From: Ilumatobacteraceae bacterium
GTDB lineage: Bacteria > Actinomycetota > Acidimicrobiia > Acidimicrobiales > Ilumatobacteraceae
NCBI GenBank assembly: GCA_963744705.1
Contig: CAVUUX010000003.1
Span: forward strand, 194,706-258,705
Direction: 5' to 3'
Length of the DNA stretch: 64,000 nt
Within the stretch, counting starts at the first letter, position 1, and each line of letters begins with the position of its first letter. The notes beneath the pieces were generated by a model that was given only the letters and a program-made list of their open reading frames with translations, was not told the origin of the DNA and ran no database searches. Of the stretch, positions 1-9,992 are shown one piece after another. Both the position numbers and the translations under genes were made by a program.

Positions 1-322
1 ACGCGTTCGCGCATCTCGGCGGCCGCCTTGTTGGTGAACGTGATCGCCAGGATCTTGGAGGGGTGCACGCCCATGTGGATGAGGTGGGCGATGCGGTGCG
101 TGAGCACGCGGGTCTTGCCCGAGCCGGCGCCGGCGATGACGAGCAGCGGGCCGGACTCGTGCACGACCGCATCGAGCTGGTCGGGGTTCAGCCCCTCGGC
201 GAACGGCGACGGCCCACGATCCGGAGCGCCCGTCGAACGGTCCGCTCGTTCGAGAACTCGTCGGCGGACGCACGGTCGGCGGGGTGCGGGATGTCGTCGG
301 CGAACAGCTCGTCGTCAGTCAT
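1..322 (-). pseudogene. pcrA: ATP-dependent DNA helicase, PcrA/UvrD family, N-terminal part (gene continues past window start); one frame break
   Basis: Reverse translation of about 1-215 gives [69 protein letters not shown] (Walker A and motif Ia of UvrD/PcrA). The only plausible start, ATG 322-320 ([23 protein letters not shown]...), is in another frame that hits TGA near 188. An indel therefore lies around 215-260. Confidence 0.85.
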
Positions 323-340
323 GTCGCGTCCACTCTAGAG

Positions 341-387
341 ATCGGGTGTGACACCCGGTCTTTCGGGGTCGGGTCCGGAAAGACCGG
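341..387. repeat. Shared 5'-region motif pair, copy 1: ATCGGGTGTGAC (341-352) plus 29-nt hairpin-forming block CGGTCTTTCGGGGTCGGGTCCGGAAAGAC (356-384)
   Basis: Lies between divergent starts of pcrA (322) and the PCD/VOC gene (434). The arms CCGGTCTTTC and GAAAGACCGG can pair. The same 29-mer, with 1 mismatch, occurs inverted at 9498-9526, and the same 12-mer at 9453-9464. Confidence 0.6.
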
Positions 388-433
388 CGAGATGACGGGC
401 GAACGGGTGGCACCGGCGTGGTTCACTGTGGTC

Positions 434-1085
434 ATGGAGTACACCGATGTCACCCCGGAGGAGTTCGGCGAGCTCGACGGACTCGACGACTGGCGAGTCG
501 TGCTCGATTCGATCCACGCCACGTTCCACCGCACCGGATTACCTCGCCGCCGCCGACCTCGTGAGGACGATCGCCGAGATCGCCGAAGCGCACGTCCACC
601 ATCCCGATGTCGAGCTCCGCTATCCCGGTCGCGTCCATGTCACGCTGACCACGCACGCCACCGGCGGGCTGACGACGCTCGACGTCGACGTCGCCCGGGA
701 CATCTCGGCGGCGGCCATCGACGCCGCCGCAACGTCGGATCCGTCGAGCACCAGGGCGATGGAGTTCGGGATCGACACGATGGATGCCGACCGCATCCGG
801 CCGTTCTGGGCCGCCGTCCTCGGCTATCACGACCATGGCGGCTATCTCGTCGACCCGATGGGAATCGGCCCGTCCGTCTGGTTCCAGCAGATGACGGAGC
901 CGCGCACACAGCGCAACCGCATCCACATCGACGTGATCGTGCCGCACGATGTCGCCGAGGGACGCGTCGACGCGGCGATCGCCGCGGGCGGCACGCTGGT
1001 GACCGACAAGTACGCCCGATCGTGGTGGGTGCTCGCCGACGCCGACGGCAACGAGGCCTGCGTGTCGACCTGGCAGGACCGCTGA
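434..1085 (+). pseudogene. Pterin-4a-carbinolamine dehydratase-like domain fused to a VOC/glyoxalase-fold domain; one frame break
   Basis: ATG 434 gives MEYTDVTPEEFGELDGLDDWRVVLDSIHATF. The frame then switches near 530-545 into ORF 447..1085. That ORF reads DLVRTIAEIAEAHVHHPDVELRYPGRVHVTLTTHATGGLTTLDVDVARDI (PCD-type HHP motif), then DADRIRPFWAAVLGY...RIHIDVIVPHD...WVLADADGNEACV (VOC fold). Length is 1 mod 3. Confidence 0.75.
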
Positions 1086-1235
1086 CCCGACCGCTTTGCC
1101 ACCGTCACGCAGTTCTCTGCGGAATGCGTCGCAAGGGCTGCAACTCATTCCGCAGAGAATTGCGGGCGGGGTCCCGTCGACCCCGGGATGCACCTGAGTC
1201 CGACGGCGGAGGCCCCGAGGTGGAACAATCGTCCG

Positions 1236-2310
1236 ATGCTGCTGACCGACCTGACCATGTCCGCCGTCGACTTCGAGGCGGCGACCGGATGGGCGGCCAA
1301 GCCCGAGGGGATGTGCAAGGGCGACGTGTGTGTGCCGGCCCCGGGTGCGGTGACCGACGGCTCGATCGATGTGGAAGCCGTCGCCGGCCGGCTCGGCATG
1401 GCACTCGTGCACGACACCGCCCACGACGTCTGGGCGCTCGGACCCGAGAGTGGCGGCCGGGCACTGACCACGGCGGTGGCACCGGAGCTCGAACTCCCCG
1501 ACGCCGACGGCAACCCGTTCAAGCTCTCGGCGATGCACGGCCGCAAGGTGCTGCTGGTCGCGTGGGCGTCGTGGTGAGGCTGTTCCGCTGACCTGCCCGT
1601 GTGGCAGGCCCTCCACGAAGAACTCGAACCGCTCGGACTCACCGTCGTCACCGTCGCCCTCGATTTCGACCCGACGAAGGCCAAGACGTGGATCGACGTC
1701 GCGGCGCCGACACATCCGTCACTGATCGATGCAGACCACCGCGTCGACGAGTTGTTCGGCATCAGCAACGTCCCGATGGCGGTCTGGATCGACGAGTCGG
1801 GCACGCTCGTGCGGCCGGCCGAGGGCGCATCGATCCAGGTGAGCCCGCTGCGATCGATGGAGATCTCCGACGACCTGCCGGAGCGGCTCAAGCTCGTGCT
1901 GAGCGAGTTCAGGAACATGCCCGACACCGCCGAGGCGTACCGGGCGGCGATCGTCGACTGGGCGCAATCGCGGCGCCGAGAGCCCGTACGCGCTGTCACC
2001 CGACGAGGTCATTGCCCGGTCGCTGCCCCGCTCGGCCGACCACAGCCGGGCCGCGGCATGCTTCGAGCTCGGCCACCACCTCCACGTGCAGGGCGATCAC
2101 GACGCCGCCATCGGCTGGTGGAAGCAGGCCCACGCCCTCTTCCCCGAGAACTGGACCTACAAGCGCCAGGCCTGGACCCTCGAGTCGACCCCCGAGGGCG
2201 AGGACTCCGACAAGGCTCAAGAAGTGCAGGAGGTCTACGGCACCTCTTGGAGCGACGAGTTCCTCCGCATGGGCGGCGGCGCCGCCTACGTCATCGCCCC
2301 GCAACTCTGA
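1236..2310 (+). pseudogene. ResA/TlpA-like thioredoxin-fold protein with in-frame TGA at the redox motif (candidate selenocysteine) and TPR-like C-terminal tail; one frame break
   Basis: ORF 1188..1577 ends ...GRKVLLVAWASW-TGA. The same frame continues as GCSADLPVWQALHEELEPLGLTVVTVALDFD...NVPMAVWIDESGTLVRP (ORF 1599..), which is a redoxin fold. The motif W-A-S-W-U-G-C fits the 'WAxxUGC' pattern I recall for a described ResA-like selenoprotein family. A frame break near 1955-1965 leads into ORF 2086..2310 (...SPYALSPDEVIARS...VQGDHDAAIGWWKQAHALFPENWTYKRQAW...). Start ATG 1236 is preferred (GAGGTGG upstream); ATG 1188 is possible. Confidence 0.7.
1575..1608 (+). other. In-frame TGA (1575-1577) followed by stem-loop CCTGCC-CGTGT-GGCAGG (1592-1608): candidate Sec codon plus SECIS-like hairpin
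   Basis: A 6-bp G/C-rich stem starts 14 nt after the TGA, and its apical loop contains G and U. The geometry is compatible with bacterial SECIS elements but has not been scored. Confidence 0.4.
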
Positions 2311-2407
2311 CCCGGCGGGCTGTCCCTGCGCTCGCTCTGCGTTCAGCGTCAGCAACCAGTCGCCGTCAGTCGGCGTTGTGGCTGACGCTGAACGGGTGGG
2401 CCGGGGG

Positions 2408-4222
2408 TCAGGTGCTCTGGAGTTCGGCGAGTTCGAGCCAGCGTGACTCGAGGTCGTCGAGTTCGGCCTGGGCGGCCGCCAGGTCGGTGCCGAGGGCGCT
2501 GAACTCGGTGTGGTCGACCGCCGAATGGTCGATCGTACGCGAGACCGCTCGGTGAGCTGATCGACCCGCTTCTGCGCCTTCACCATCGCCTGTTCGGTCT
2601 CACGGAGTTGGCGTCCGACCGTGTACTGGCTCGGCGCACCCTTGGCCTTGGGTGTCGTCGCAGCGGGCACCTTCGCCGCCGGTTTCGGAGCGGCCGACTT
2701 CGGCGCAGTACCGGACGAGCGTTCGGCCAGCCAACCGGACACGCCGCCGGGCACTCGGCGGACCGAACCGCCCGGATCGATCGCGAGGACGTGGTCGGCG
2801 ACGCGGTCGAGGAACGCACGGTCGTGGCTGGCGACCACGAGCGCGCCGGGCCAGTCGTCGAGGAACGCTTCGAGCGAGCGCAGGGTGTCGAGGTCGAGGT
2901 CGTTGGTGGGCTCGTCGAGGATGAGCAGGTTCGGTTCGGTCGCCAGCACCATCACCAGCTGCAGGCGTCGCCGCTCGCCACCGGACAGCATCCTCACCGG
3001 CGCGTACTGCGCCGTCGTGTCGAACCAGAACCGCTCGAGCAGCGCACGGTCACGATGGTCGGGTTCGCGGTGCGGGCCGGCCACGAGTTCACGCACGATG
3101 GCGTTCTGATCGAGGTCGGACGAATGTTGATCGGCGAACCCGACGACGACCGTCTTGCCGCGCTTCACCGTTCCGGCCACCGGCTCGGCCCGCCCGGCGA
3201 TGATGTCGAGCAGCGTCGACTTGCCGGAGCCGTTCGGTCCGACGACCGCCAACCGTGCGCCGGGCTCGATCAGCAGGTCGACGTCCTCGAACACCGTGAG
3301 TTCGTCGGGCGTGCCGACGTTGAACCGCTGCGCCACGCCCTCCAACTCGACGACCTGATTGCCCAGGCGAGCCGTGCCGCCACCGAGCTGCAGGTCGCTC
3401 CCCCGCACGCCGACAGGCGCCGGGCCACCCGACACGATCTCGTTGGCCGACCGCAGACGCGCCTTGGGCTTGGTGGAGCGCGCCGGTGCGCCCCGGCGCA
3501 GCCATGCCAGTTCCTTGCGGGCAAGGATCTTGCGGGTCGATTCCTCCTGTGCCTCGCGGTCCATGCGCTCGGACCGGGCATCGAGGTAGGTGGCGTAGGC
3601 GCTCGAACCTGCGGCAGCCTGGTGGACGAAACAGCGACCTCCGTCGAGCTCGACCACCTTGCTCGGCCCCACCGTCGGTGGTCAGCCGATCGAGAGCGTG
3701 ACGGTCGTGGGTGACGAGCACGAGCGCCGACTTCATCTTCACGAGCCGCGATTCGAGCCACTCGATCGCTTCGAGGTCGAGATGGTTGGTCGGCTCGTCG
3801 AGCACCACCATGTCGTGGTCGCCGTGCTCGTCGTCGGCGAGCATCCTGGCGAGCGCGACACGCTTCGCCTGCCCTCCGGAGAGTTCGTTCGTGCGCCGAT
3901 CGAGCAGGGGCTGCACGCCGAGCTTGGTCGCCACGGCTGCGACCTCCCACGAGTCGCCGAGGAACTCGCGGACCGTGCCGGGTGGGAGCACCGGATCCTG
4001 CTCCAGCGAGGCGATCCGCACACCGCGACCGAAGCGCACGTCACCCTCGTCGGGCGCCAGCACACCGGTCATGATCTTCAGCAGGGTGGTCTTGCCCGAA
4101 CCGTTGACGCCGACCACGGCGACCCGGTCGCCCGTCGAGACGGTGACGGCGACATCCTCGAACAGCACCTTGTCGGGTTGGGCCATCCCCACACCGGCCA
4201 GGTCGACGCAGATCACGGCCAC
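2408..4222 (-). pseudogene. ABC-F family ATPase (Uup-like, two NBDs plus C-terminal coiled coil); two frame breaks
   Basis: ORF 3089..4222 holds NBD1 (VAVVGVNGSGKTTLLKIM, LSGGQAKRVALARML, VLDEPTNHLD). ORF 1996..3672 holds NBD2 (VVELDGGRCF..., LAVVGPNGSGKSTLLDII, LSGGERRRLQLVMVL, ILDEPTNDLD). A third frame gives ...DHTEFSALGTDLAAAQAELDDLESRWLELAELQST ending at TGA 2410-2408. Breaks lie near 3660 and 2545. Confidence 0.85.
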
Positions 4223-4230
4223 GACGCTAC

Positions 4231-4277
4231 GGCCCCCTGTGACGATTGGTGTCTGACACCGATCGTCACAGGGGGCC
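4231..4277. terminator. 21-bp-stem palindrome with TCTGA loop (GGCCCCCTGTGACGATTGGTG-TCTGA-CACCGATCGTCACAGGGGGCC)
   Basis: One G-U wobble and otherwise perfect pairing. It lies directly downstream of the reverse-strand gene 4301..5044 and upstream of the ABC-F start. It belongs to the TCTGA-loop palindrome family (also at 10312, 18166, 54311, 59931). Confidence 0.7.
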
Positions 4278-4300
4278 GTGAGCGGGAGGATGGAGGGTGA

Positions 4301-5044
4301 TCAGTCGGCAGTCTCGGCCGGAGCGTCGACCGGAGTCTCGTCGCCGGCGTGAGGACCGCCACGCTCGGGGCGACCGTTCTCGACCATGTCGGTGATCCTG
4401 GTCTCGGCTTCAGCCAACTTCTCGTCGGCCTCGGCCTGATCGATGCGGCCGTCGGCGACGGCGTTGTCCAGACGTTCCTTCACCTCGGCGACGAGTTCGT
4501 CGACGACCGCCTGCGACTGCACGCCTTCTGCCTCGGCGATCTCTGCGAGCGTGGCGCCGGCCTCGAGCTGCGTGCGGAGTTCCTGGGCGTCGATGCCGAG
4601 CAGATCGGTCAACGCCTCCGAAGCGACACCGGCCGCTCCACCGATCATGCCGCCGTGGCGACCACCGGGACCACCGGGGCCACCGTGGCCACCGGGGCCG
4701 TCACCGAACTCGCCCCGCTCGGGATGGCTGGCGATGAGCTGCGCAACCACGGCCTCGGCCTGCGCGGTCGTGATCGTGCCGGCGTCGACGAGCGGCTGCA
4801 GATCTTCGAGCAGGCGAGATCCCATCTCGGGGGCGTCGGCGGGGACGGTCGGATCGTTCTCGTCGGTCTGTTGTACGACGGCGGCAGGAGTCACCGATGC
4901 GGTGTCGAGCGCTGCGCTGGACAGGCCCGGCACGCCGAAGACGAGTCCGGCGGCCGTCCCGGCGAGGAGGCCCCCGGCGAGTCCGATGGTCAGCCCCCGG
5001 CGCTTTCCGGGCGAACCGGCGGTGTCGATGTTGTCGTTGCTCAT
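4301..5044 (-). CDS. Hypothetical membrane-anchored/secreted protein with Gly-rich low-complexity core
   Basis: Intact 247-aa ORF with GAAGGGA upstream of the ATG. It has an N-terminal hydrophobic segment (LTIGLAGGLLAGTAAGLVFGV). Two acidic helical segments (TAQAEAVVAQLI; AQELRTQLEAGATLAEIAEAEGVQSQAVVDELVAEVKERLD) flank GPGGHGGPGGPGGRHGG. No family was recognised. Confidence 0.6.
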   Translation of the reverse strand: MSNDNIDTAGSPGKRRGLTIGLAGGLLAGTAAGLVFGVPGLSSAALDTASVTPAAVVQQTDENDPTVPADAPEMGSRLLEDLQPLVDAGTITTAQAEAVVAQLIASHPERGEFGDGPGGHGGPGGPGGRHGGMIGGAAGVASEALTDLLGIDAQELRTQLEAGATLAEIAEAEGVQSQAVVDELVAEVKERLDNAVADGRIDQAEADEKLAEAETRITDMVENGRPERGGPHAGDETPVDAPAETAD

Positions 5045-5214
5045 GATGTGCTTCCCTTCAACAGTGTGGTCGGGCGACGGGTTCGCCGCTGACAGAACTC
5101 ATGGTGATCGCCCTCGGTGAAGATCATGCGGGAGCCACGTAAGGCGCAGGTGAGTAGATCGACAGGCGCAGCATCGTGCAACGAGGGGGGCGGTGGCCGA
5201 TCTCGCGTGCGAGC

Positions 5215-6697
5215 TCAGCGCGTCTGCCGCATCACGTCGCGGGCGGCATGCCAGCCGCACATTCCGTGCACGCCCGCACCCGGAGGCGTCGAACTCGAAC
5301 ACAGGTAGACACCGTCGATCGGCGTCGTCCACGGATGCAGGCCCAGCGTCGGGCGGCGCACGAACTGACGGAGATCTCCCACCCCGCCGCCGATGTCGCC
5401 ACCGATGTAGTTGGCGTCGTGCGACTCCATGGCTGCGGTGTTCATTGCATGGCGCCCGATGATCCGATCCCGGAATCCTGGTGCGAACCGCTCGACCTGA
5501 CGCTCGATCCGCTCGGTCATGTCGACGCTCGAACCGTTGGGGACGTGGCAGTACGCCCATGCCGCCTGCGTTCCGACGGGAGATCGACCCTCGTCGACAC
5601 GAGACCGGTCGAACAGGCTCTGCTGGGCCAGCAGAACGTAGGGGCGCTCCGGGTGACGCCCGGCTTGCACGTCGGCCTCCGAGACCGTGATCTCCTCGAG
5701 CGTGCCACCGAGATGCACCGTCGCCGCGCGGGCGCACTCGGCGTTGGCCCACGGGATCGGGCCGTCGAGCGCCCAGTCGAGTTTGAACACGCCGGGCCCG
5801 TAGCGAAACCCTTCGAGCGCGCGTCGATAACGGGGCGGCACCGCATCACCCGCCAACGCCAACACCTGGCGCGGTGTCAGGTCGAGCAGCACCGCGTCGA
5901 CCGTCGGAAGTTCAGCGAGCGAGTCGACCCGGTGGTCGCATTCGATCCGACCGCCCAACCCCTCGAGGACACCGACGAGCGCATCCGCGATGCGTTGCGA
6001 TCCACCCCGTGCGAGCGGCCATCCGACCAGATGAGCGAGCACCCCCAGCATCAATCCGTACGCAGCCGTCACGGGCGCCTTCATACTGAGCATCGAATGG
6101 CCGGCGAGCCCGGCGAACAGCGCCCGTCCGGCCTCGGTGTCGAATCCACGTCGAGCGACCGTGCGAGCCGGCAGTACGCCGATCAGACCGAATCGAGCCA
6201 TCGTCAACGGGTGCTGCGGAGGAATCGTCAGCGGCGAGAGCAGCCCGTCGGTCAGATCGAAGCCGGCGGCGACGAACGGGCGCAACGAGGCGCCGGTACG
6301 ACCTGGAGTCAGCGCCGAGACCCTCGGCCGTCTCGTCGACCGACCGGTACAGCAGAGCTGCCCGCCCACCGTCGAGTGGATGCGCGAGCGCCGCATCGGA
6401 GTGGATCCATTCGAGACCATGGGCGTCGAGCGGCGTCAGGTTCGCAGCGATCTCACGGAACGCCGGAGACGCGAGCGCGAGTGGATGGATCGCCGAACAC
6501 ACATCGTGGAGGACCCCCGGCAACGTGAGTTCCTGGGTGCGTGTCCCTCCACCGGCCTGGGCGGCGCTCTCGAACACCGTGACGTCCCATCCGGCGCCGG
6601 CGAGCGTGATGGCTGCCACGAGACCGTTCGGCCCGGCGCCGACCACCACTGCCGTGCGCCCGCTTCCTCGCTCGAGTCGGTCGATGCTGACGGCCAT
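5215..6697 (-). pseudogene. NAD(P)/FAD-dependent oxidoreductase, phytoene-desaturase (CrtI-like) family; one frame break
   Basis: ORF 5912..6697 starts with [43 protein letters not shown] (Rossmann GxGxxG). ORF 5215..6420 carries the rest and ends ...GVYLCSSSTPPGAGVHGMCGWHAARDV, a typical C-terminal FAD motif. The break is near 6280 and the length is 1 mod 3. Confidence 0.8.
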
Positions 6698-6804
6698 CTC
6701 CCCATCCCTCGTGAACGTGCCGACGGAACGAACGGCACCTCGCGCACCGTAGCCGACGTGTCTCCGAGCGGAGTTGGCTGCACCGAGGGTGCTAAGACCG
6801 CCGG

Positions 6805-7323
6805 ATGACGAGCAACGAGATCAGCGACTACGAAGACCTGACGGGTATGCAGCTCAGCGACGAAGACCTCGAGGACTTCGTCAGCCGCGGCGGGGAGTGC
6901 ATCTTCTCGTGGACGAACAAGGCCGGCTACCCGGTCGGTGTGGTCGTTGCGTACGTCTGGCGTGACGGCAAGTTCTGGACCACCTGCGCCGAGCGTCGGG
7001 CCCGGGTGCCGGCACTGGCCGCCCGGCCGCAGTCGGGCATCGTCATCAACCGCGACCGCAAGACCGCGTCGTACAAGGGCGACTCGATCGTGCACACCCA
7101 CGACGACGACGACTGGGACGAGGTGAAGACCTGGTTCTACGCCGCGCTGTCGGGCACCGAACAGCGCCCCGACGACATCAACGCCCGCAACTTCGAGAAG
7201 TTCCTCGACTCACCCCACCGGGTGATCATCGAGACCGAGGCGAACCTCGTCGTGAGCTTCGACGTCGCCAAGTTCAACGAGTTCACCGCACGGGCAATCG
7301 CTGCGGGCCTCGGCGTCGAGTAA
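6805..7323 (+). CDS. Pyridoxamine 5'-phosphate oxidase-family (PPOX/F420-type split-barrel) protein
   Basis: Intact 172-aa ORF with low Arg/Pro bias. It reads [32 protein letters not shown]...[16 protein letters not shown], typical of the PPOX class. Confidence 0.7.
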   Translation: MTSNEISDYEDLTGMQLSDEDLEDFVSRGGECIFSWTNKAGYPVGVVVAYVWRDGKFWTTCAERRARVPALAARPQSGIVINRDRKTASYKGDSIVHTHDDDDWDEVKTWFYAALSGTEQRPDDINARNFEKFLDSPHRVIIETEANLVVSFDVAKFNEFTARAIAAGLGVE

Positions 7324-7357
7324 CGCCGGTCGAACGAACCCTCACCGCGTCGGGAAC

Positions 7358-8712
7358 TCATCCCTCGGACGGTTCGTGGGGTGGGCCGTCCGCCGGCCAC
7401 TGCGGGCGACACCGGGAGTGTGAACCCGATCGCGGCACCATCCCCATCGCGATTCGTCGCCGACACGGCGCCGCCGGCACGCTCGACGACATCGCGCACG
7501 ATCGACAGGCCGAGCCCGGATCCGGGCATCGATCGGGCCGACTCGGCTCGGTGGAAACGATCGAAGATCCGCTCCTCCTCACCCTCGGGGATCCCGGGGC
7601 CGTGGTCGAGCACCGTGAGTGATCCACCGTCGACGACGACGTCGATCGGGCCGGCGGTCTGGTCGAACTTGCAGGCGTTGTCGACCAGGTTCGTGACCGC
7701 TCGGTCGAGCGCAGAGCGCGGCGCATCGACAGCCGCCGCCGACCGGACATCGACCACGATGTCGCGCGACCGGCGCCGTCCGACGCGTTCGGCAACCTCG
7801 GAGGCGAGCGCCGGCAGATCGATTCGTTCGTTCGGCTGGGTTTCGAGATCACCCGACGCGACCGCCACGAGTTCGTTCACGAGATCGGTCAGTTCGGTGA
7901 TCTCCGAATCGAGATCGTCGAGCACGCCGTCACGCATCTCCGGTGCCATCTCCGGATGTCGCCGCAGCACCGACAGGTTCGTCTTGAGGCTCGTGAGCGG
8001 CGTGCGGAGTTCATGACCGGCGTCCTGCACGAGGCGCCGCTGCTCGGCACGCGACGTGGCGAGCGCAGCGAGCATGTAGCGGAACGCCCCGCCGAGACGG
8101 CCGACCTCATCGCTGCCCGTACCGGGTACCGCCACGTCGAGACGGCCGGACGAACCGACCTCCTCGGCGGCCTTCGTCAGGCGACTCATCGGTGCGGCGA
8201 CGGTACCCGCGATCAGCCAGCCGGCGAGCGCCGCGGCCAACGAAACGGCAATGACGAGGATCAGCGTTCGGCGTCGGAGGTCGTCGAGCACGCTGTCGAC
8301 CTCGTCGAGCGATCGTCCGATCTGGATCGCCCCGTTCGGCAGCCCGATCGTGTGGACCCGGGCATCGGTGCCGGTCACGGCCACAGTCGAGCGGTCGAGG
8401 GTCTGCGGATTCCCGATCACCGCTTCGGCGTCCGGCTCGACGGGAACATCTTCGGGGAACGAACTCGCGACCACCGAGCCGTCGAGCGCCCAGCAGCCTG
8501 ACCCAGTACACCTCGAGCAGACCTCGGCTGGGCACGCTGAGGCGATCGTTCCGCGACAGATCGAGCATCTGCTGCGAGGCCTGCGTGATCGATCGGTCGA
8601 CCTCACTGACGAGTCGTGCACTCGTCGTGCGGTAGCTGATGAGACCGACCGCCGACGTGGCGATGAGTGCAACGGTGGCCAACGACAGCGCGATCTTCCA
8701 GCGCAGGCCCAT
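7358..8712 (-). pseudogene. Two-component sensor histidine kinase (HAMP-HisKA-HATPase); frame break(s), 3' end uncertain
   Basis: ORF 8107..8712 gives the N-terminus with a TM segment (MGLRWKIALSLATVALIATSAVGLI). A break near 8485 leads into ORF 7137..8672, which carries the H-box LVQDAGHELRTPLTSL, N-box VTNLVDNACKF and G-boxes DHGPGIP and GSGLGLSIV. That frame has no stop until 7137, which would put 186 nt antisense to the PPOX gene. A second indel near 7360-7440 and a stop at 7358 (alternate frame ...PHEPSEG*) is therefore more likely. Confidence 0.8.
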
Positions 8713-9423
8713 CAGTCGTCGATCCGTGCCGTGTAGCCCACGCCCCGAACGGTGTGGACCACACGAGGTTCGCCCTCTGCTTCGGTCTTGCGCCGCAGGT
8801 AGCCGATGTACACGGCGAGATTCTTCGAGTCGGGCCCGAAGTCGTAGTGCCAGATGCGGTCGTAGATGGTCGAGTGGTCGAGCACGATGCCACGGTTCGC
8901 GACGAGCAGTGCGAGCAGGTCGAACTCGGTCTTCGACAGTTGGATCTCGCGTTCGCCGCGGAACACGCGACGTCCCGACGGGTCGAGTCGGAGGTCACCG
9001 AGCACGAGATCCTGGTCGGAGCCACCCGCACCGTCGGCGGCGTAGCTCGACCGGCGCAACAGTGCCCGGACGCGGGCGAGGAGTTCGTCGAGATCGTACG
9101 GCTTGGCGAGATAGTCGTCGGCGCCTGCATCGAGTCCGGCGACCCGGTCGCTCGGCTCGGTCCGGGCGGTCAACATGAGGACCGGCACCTGGTTGTTCTC
9201 GGCGCGCAAGCACCCGGCACACCGTGAGGCCGTCGACCAACGGCATCGACACGTCGAGGAGCACGACATCGGGCTCGGCCTGCCGGACGGCCTCGAGCGC
9301 CTCCGCGCCGTTCTTCGTGGCGGCAACCGTGTAGCCCTCGAGCTGCAGCGCCCGCACCAGCGATTCGCGTACCGCACGATCGTCCTCGGCGACGAGGATC
9401 CTGATGCTCTCGTTGTCCGTCAC
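8712..9423 (-). pseudogene. OmpR-family response regulator; one frame break
   Basis: ORF 8995..9423 (GTG start) reads MTDNESIRILVAEDDRAVRESL...PDVVLLDVSMPLVDGL, the receiver domain. A break near 9207 leads into ORF 8712..9377, which reads VPVLMLTARTEPSDRVAGLDAGADDYLAKPYDLDELLARV...LSKTEFDLLALL...VHTVRGVGY, the winged helix. Its TGA overlaps the kinase ATG (TGATG at 8710-8714). Confidence 0.88.
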
Positions 9424-9452
9424 GGTCCACAGTCTGGTCGCAGGTGGTGAGA

Positions 9453-9526
9453 ATCGGGTGTGACCCCGCCGCCCTGTCCGTGCTGTCTCTCCGTGCTGTC
9501 TTTCCGGACCCGACCCCGACAGACCG
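9453..9526. repeat. Shared 5'-region motif pair, copy 2: ATCGGGTGTGAC (9453-9464) and inverted 29-mer GTCTTTCCGGACCCGACCCCGACAGACCG (9498-9526)
   Basis: Lies between the divergent starts of the response regulator (9423) and crcB (9576). It is the reverse complement of 356-384 with one mismatch. ACTGTGG also precedes the start codons at 434 and, on the reverse strand, 9423. Confidence 0.6.
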
Positions 9527-9575
9527 CTGGCAGAGATCCGCAGGGACCGGCGCCGGAGTTTGGTACGAACTCAGT

Positions 9576-9992
9576 GTGCAGGTCTTCGATCGATCCACTC
9601 CGTTCGCACCCCACGTCCTCGTCAGGGTCGCCCTCGGTGGCGCACTCGGAGCGTCGGCGAGATGGGCCGTGGCCGAAGCGATCGACGCGATCGCTTCGCC
9701 GCATCAACCGGCGACGTGGCCATGGGCGACGTTGACCGTCAACATCGTCGGTGCCCTCCTGATCGGGCTCGCCGTGAGAGGCGTCGAGCGTGACACCCCG
9801 GCATGGGCCTTCACGGTGACCGGAATCCTCGGCGGGTTCACGACCTTCTCGACGTTCGCAGTCGAACTCAACGACCTCGCCGACGCCGACCGGCTGCCAA
9901 TGGCCGTGCTCTACGCCGCAGTCACGCTGGGTGTGGGAGTGCTGGCGACGACCGTCGCGGGCATCAAGCCGAGGACCGCGCTGCCCCGATGA
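9576..9992 (+). CDS. crcB: Fluoride ion channel CrcB (first of a pair)
   Basis: Within ORF 9444..9992: [15 protein letters not shown]...[16 protein letters not shown]...[17 protein letters not shown] 9576 is chosen as the start. Its stop overlaps the next start (ATGA at 9989-9992). Confidence 0.8.
   Translation: MQVFDRSTPFAPHVLVRVALGGALGASARWAVAEAIDAIASPHQPATWPWATLTVNIVGALLIGLAVRGVERDTPAWAFTVTGILGGFTTFSTFAVELNDLADADRLPMAVLYAAVTLGVGVLATTVAGIKPRTALPR

Noticed and set aside
284-1715. Long ORFs 284..1591 (+, 435 aa) and 450..1715 (-, 421 aa)
   Set aside because: They have Arg/Pro/Ala/Gly-dominated composition and no recognisable motifs. They overlap better-supported genes in other frames, which is typical of spurious ORFs in very G+C-rich DNA.
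7137-7357. Histidine kinase tail running 186 nt antisense into the PPOX gene
   Set aside because: The translated tail has no kinase features and lies opposite a well-supported gene. An additional indel near the 3' end and a stop at 7358 is more plausible.
9424-9575. Fluoride riboswitch upstream of crcB
   Set aside because: GGUGGUGAG...CCCCGCC superficially resembles the P1 region, but the loop is far too long and the downstream conserved AACCGCC and CUGAUG segments are absent. No call can be made without cmsearch.
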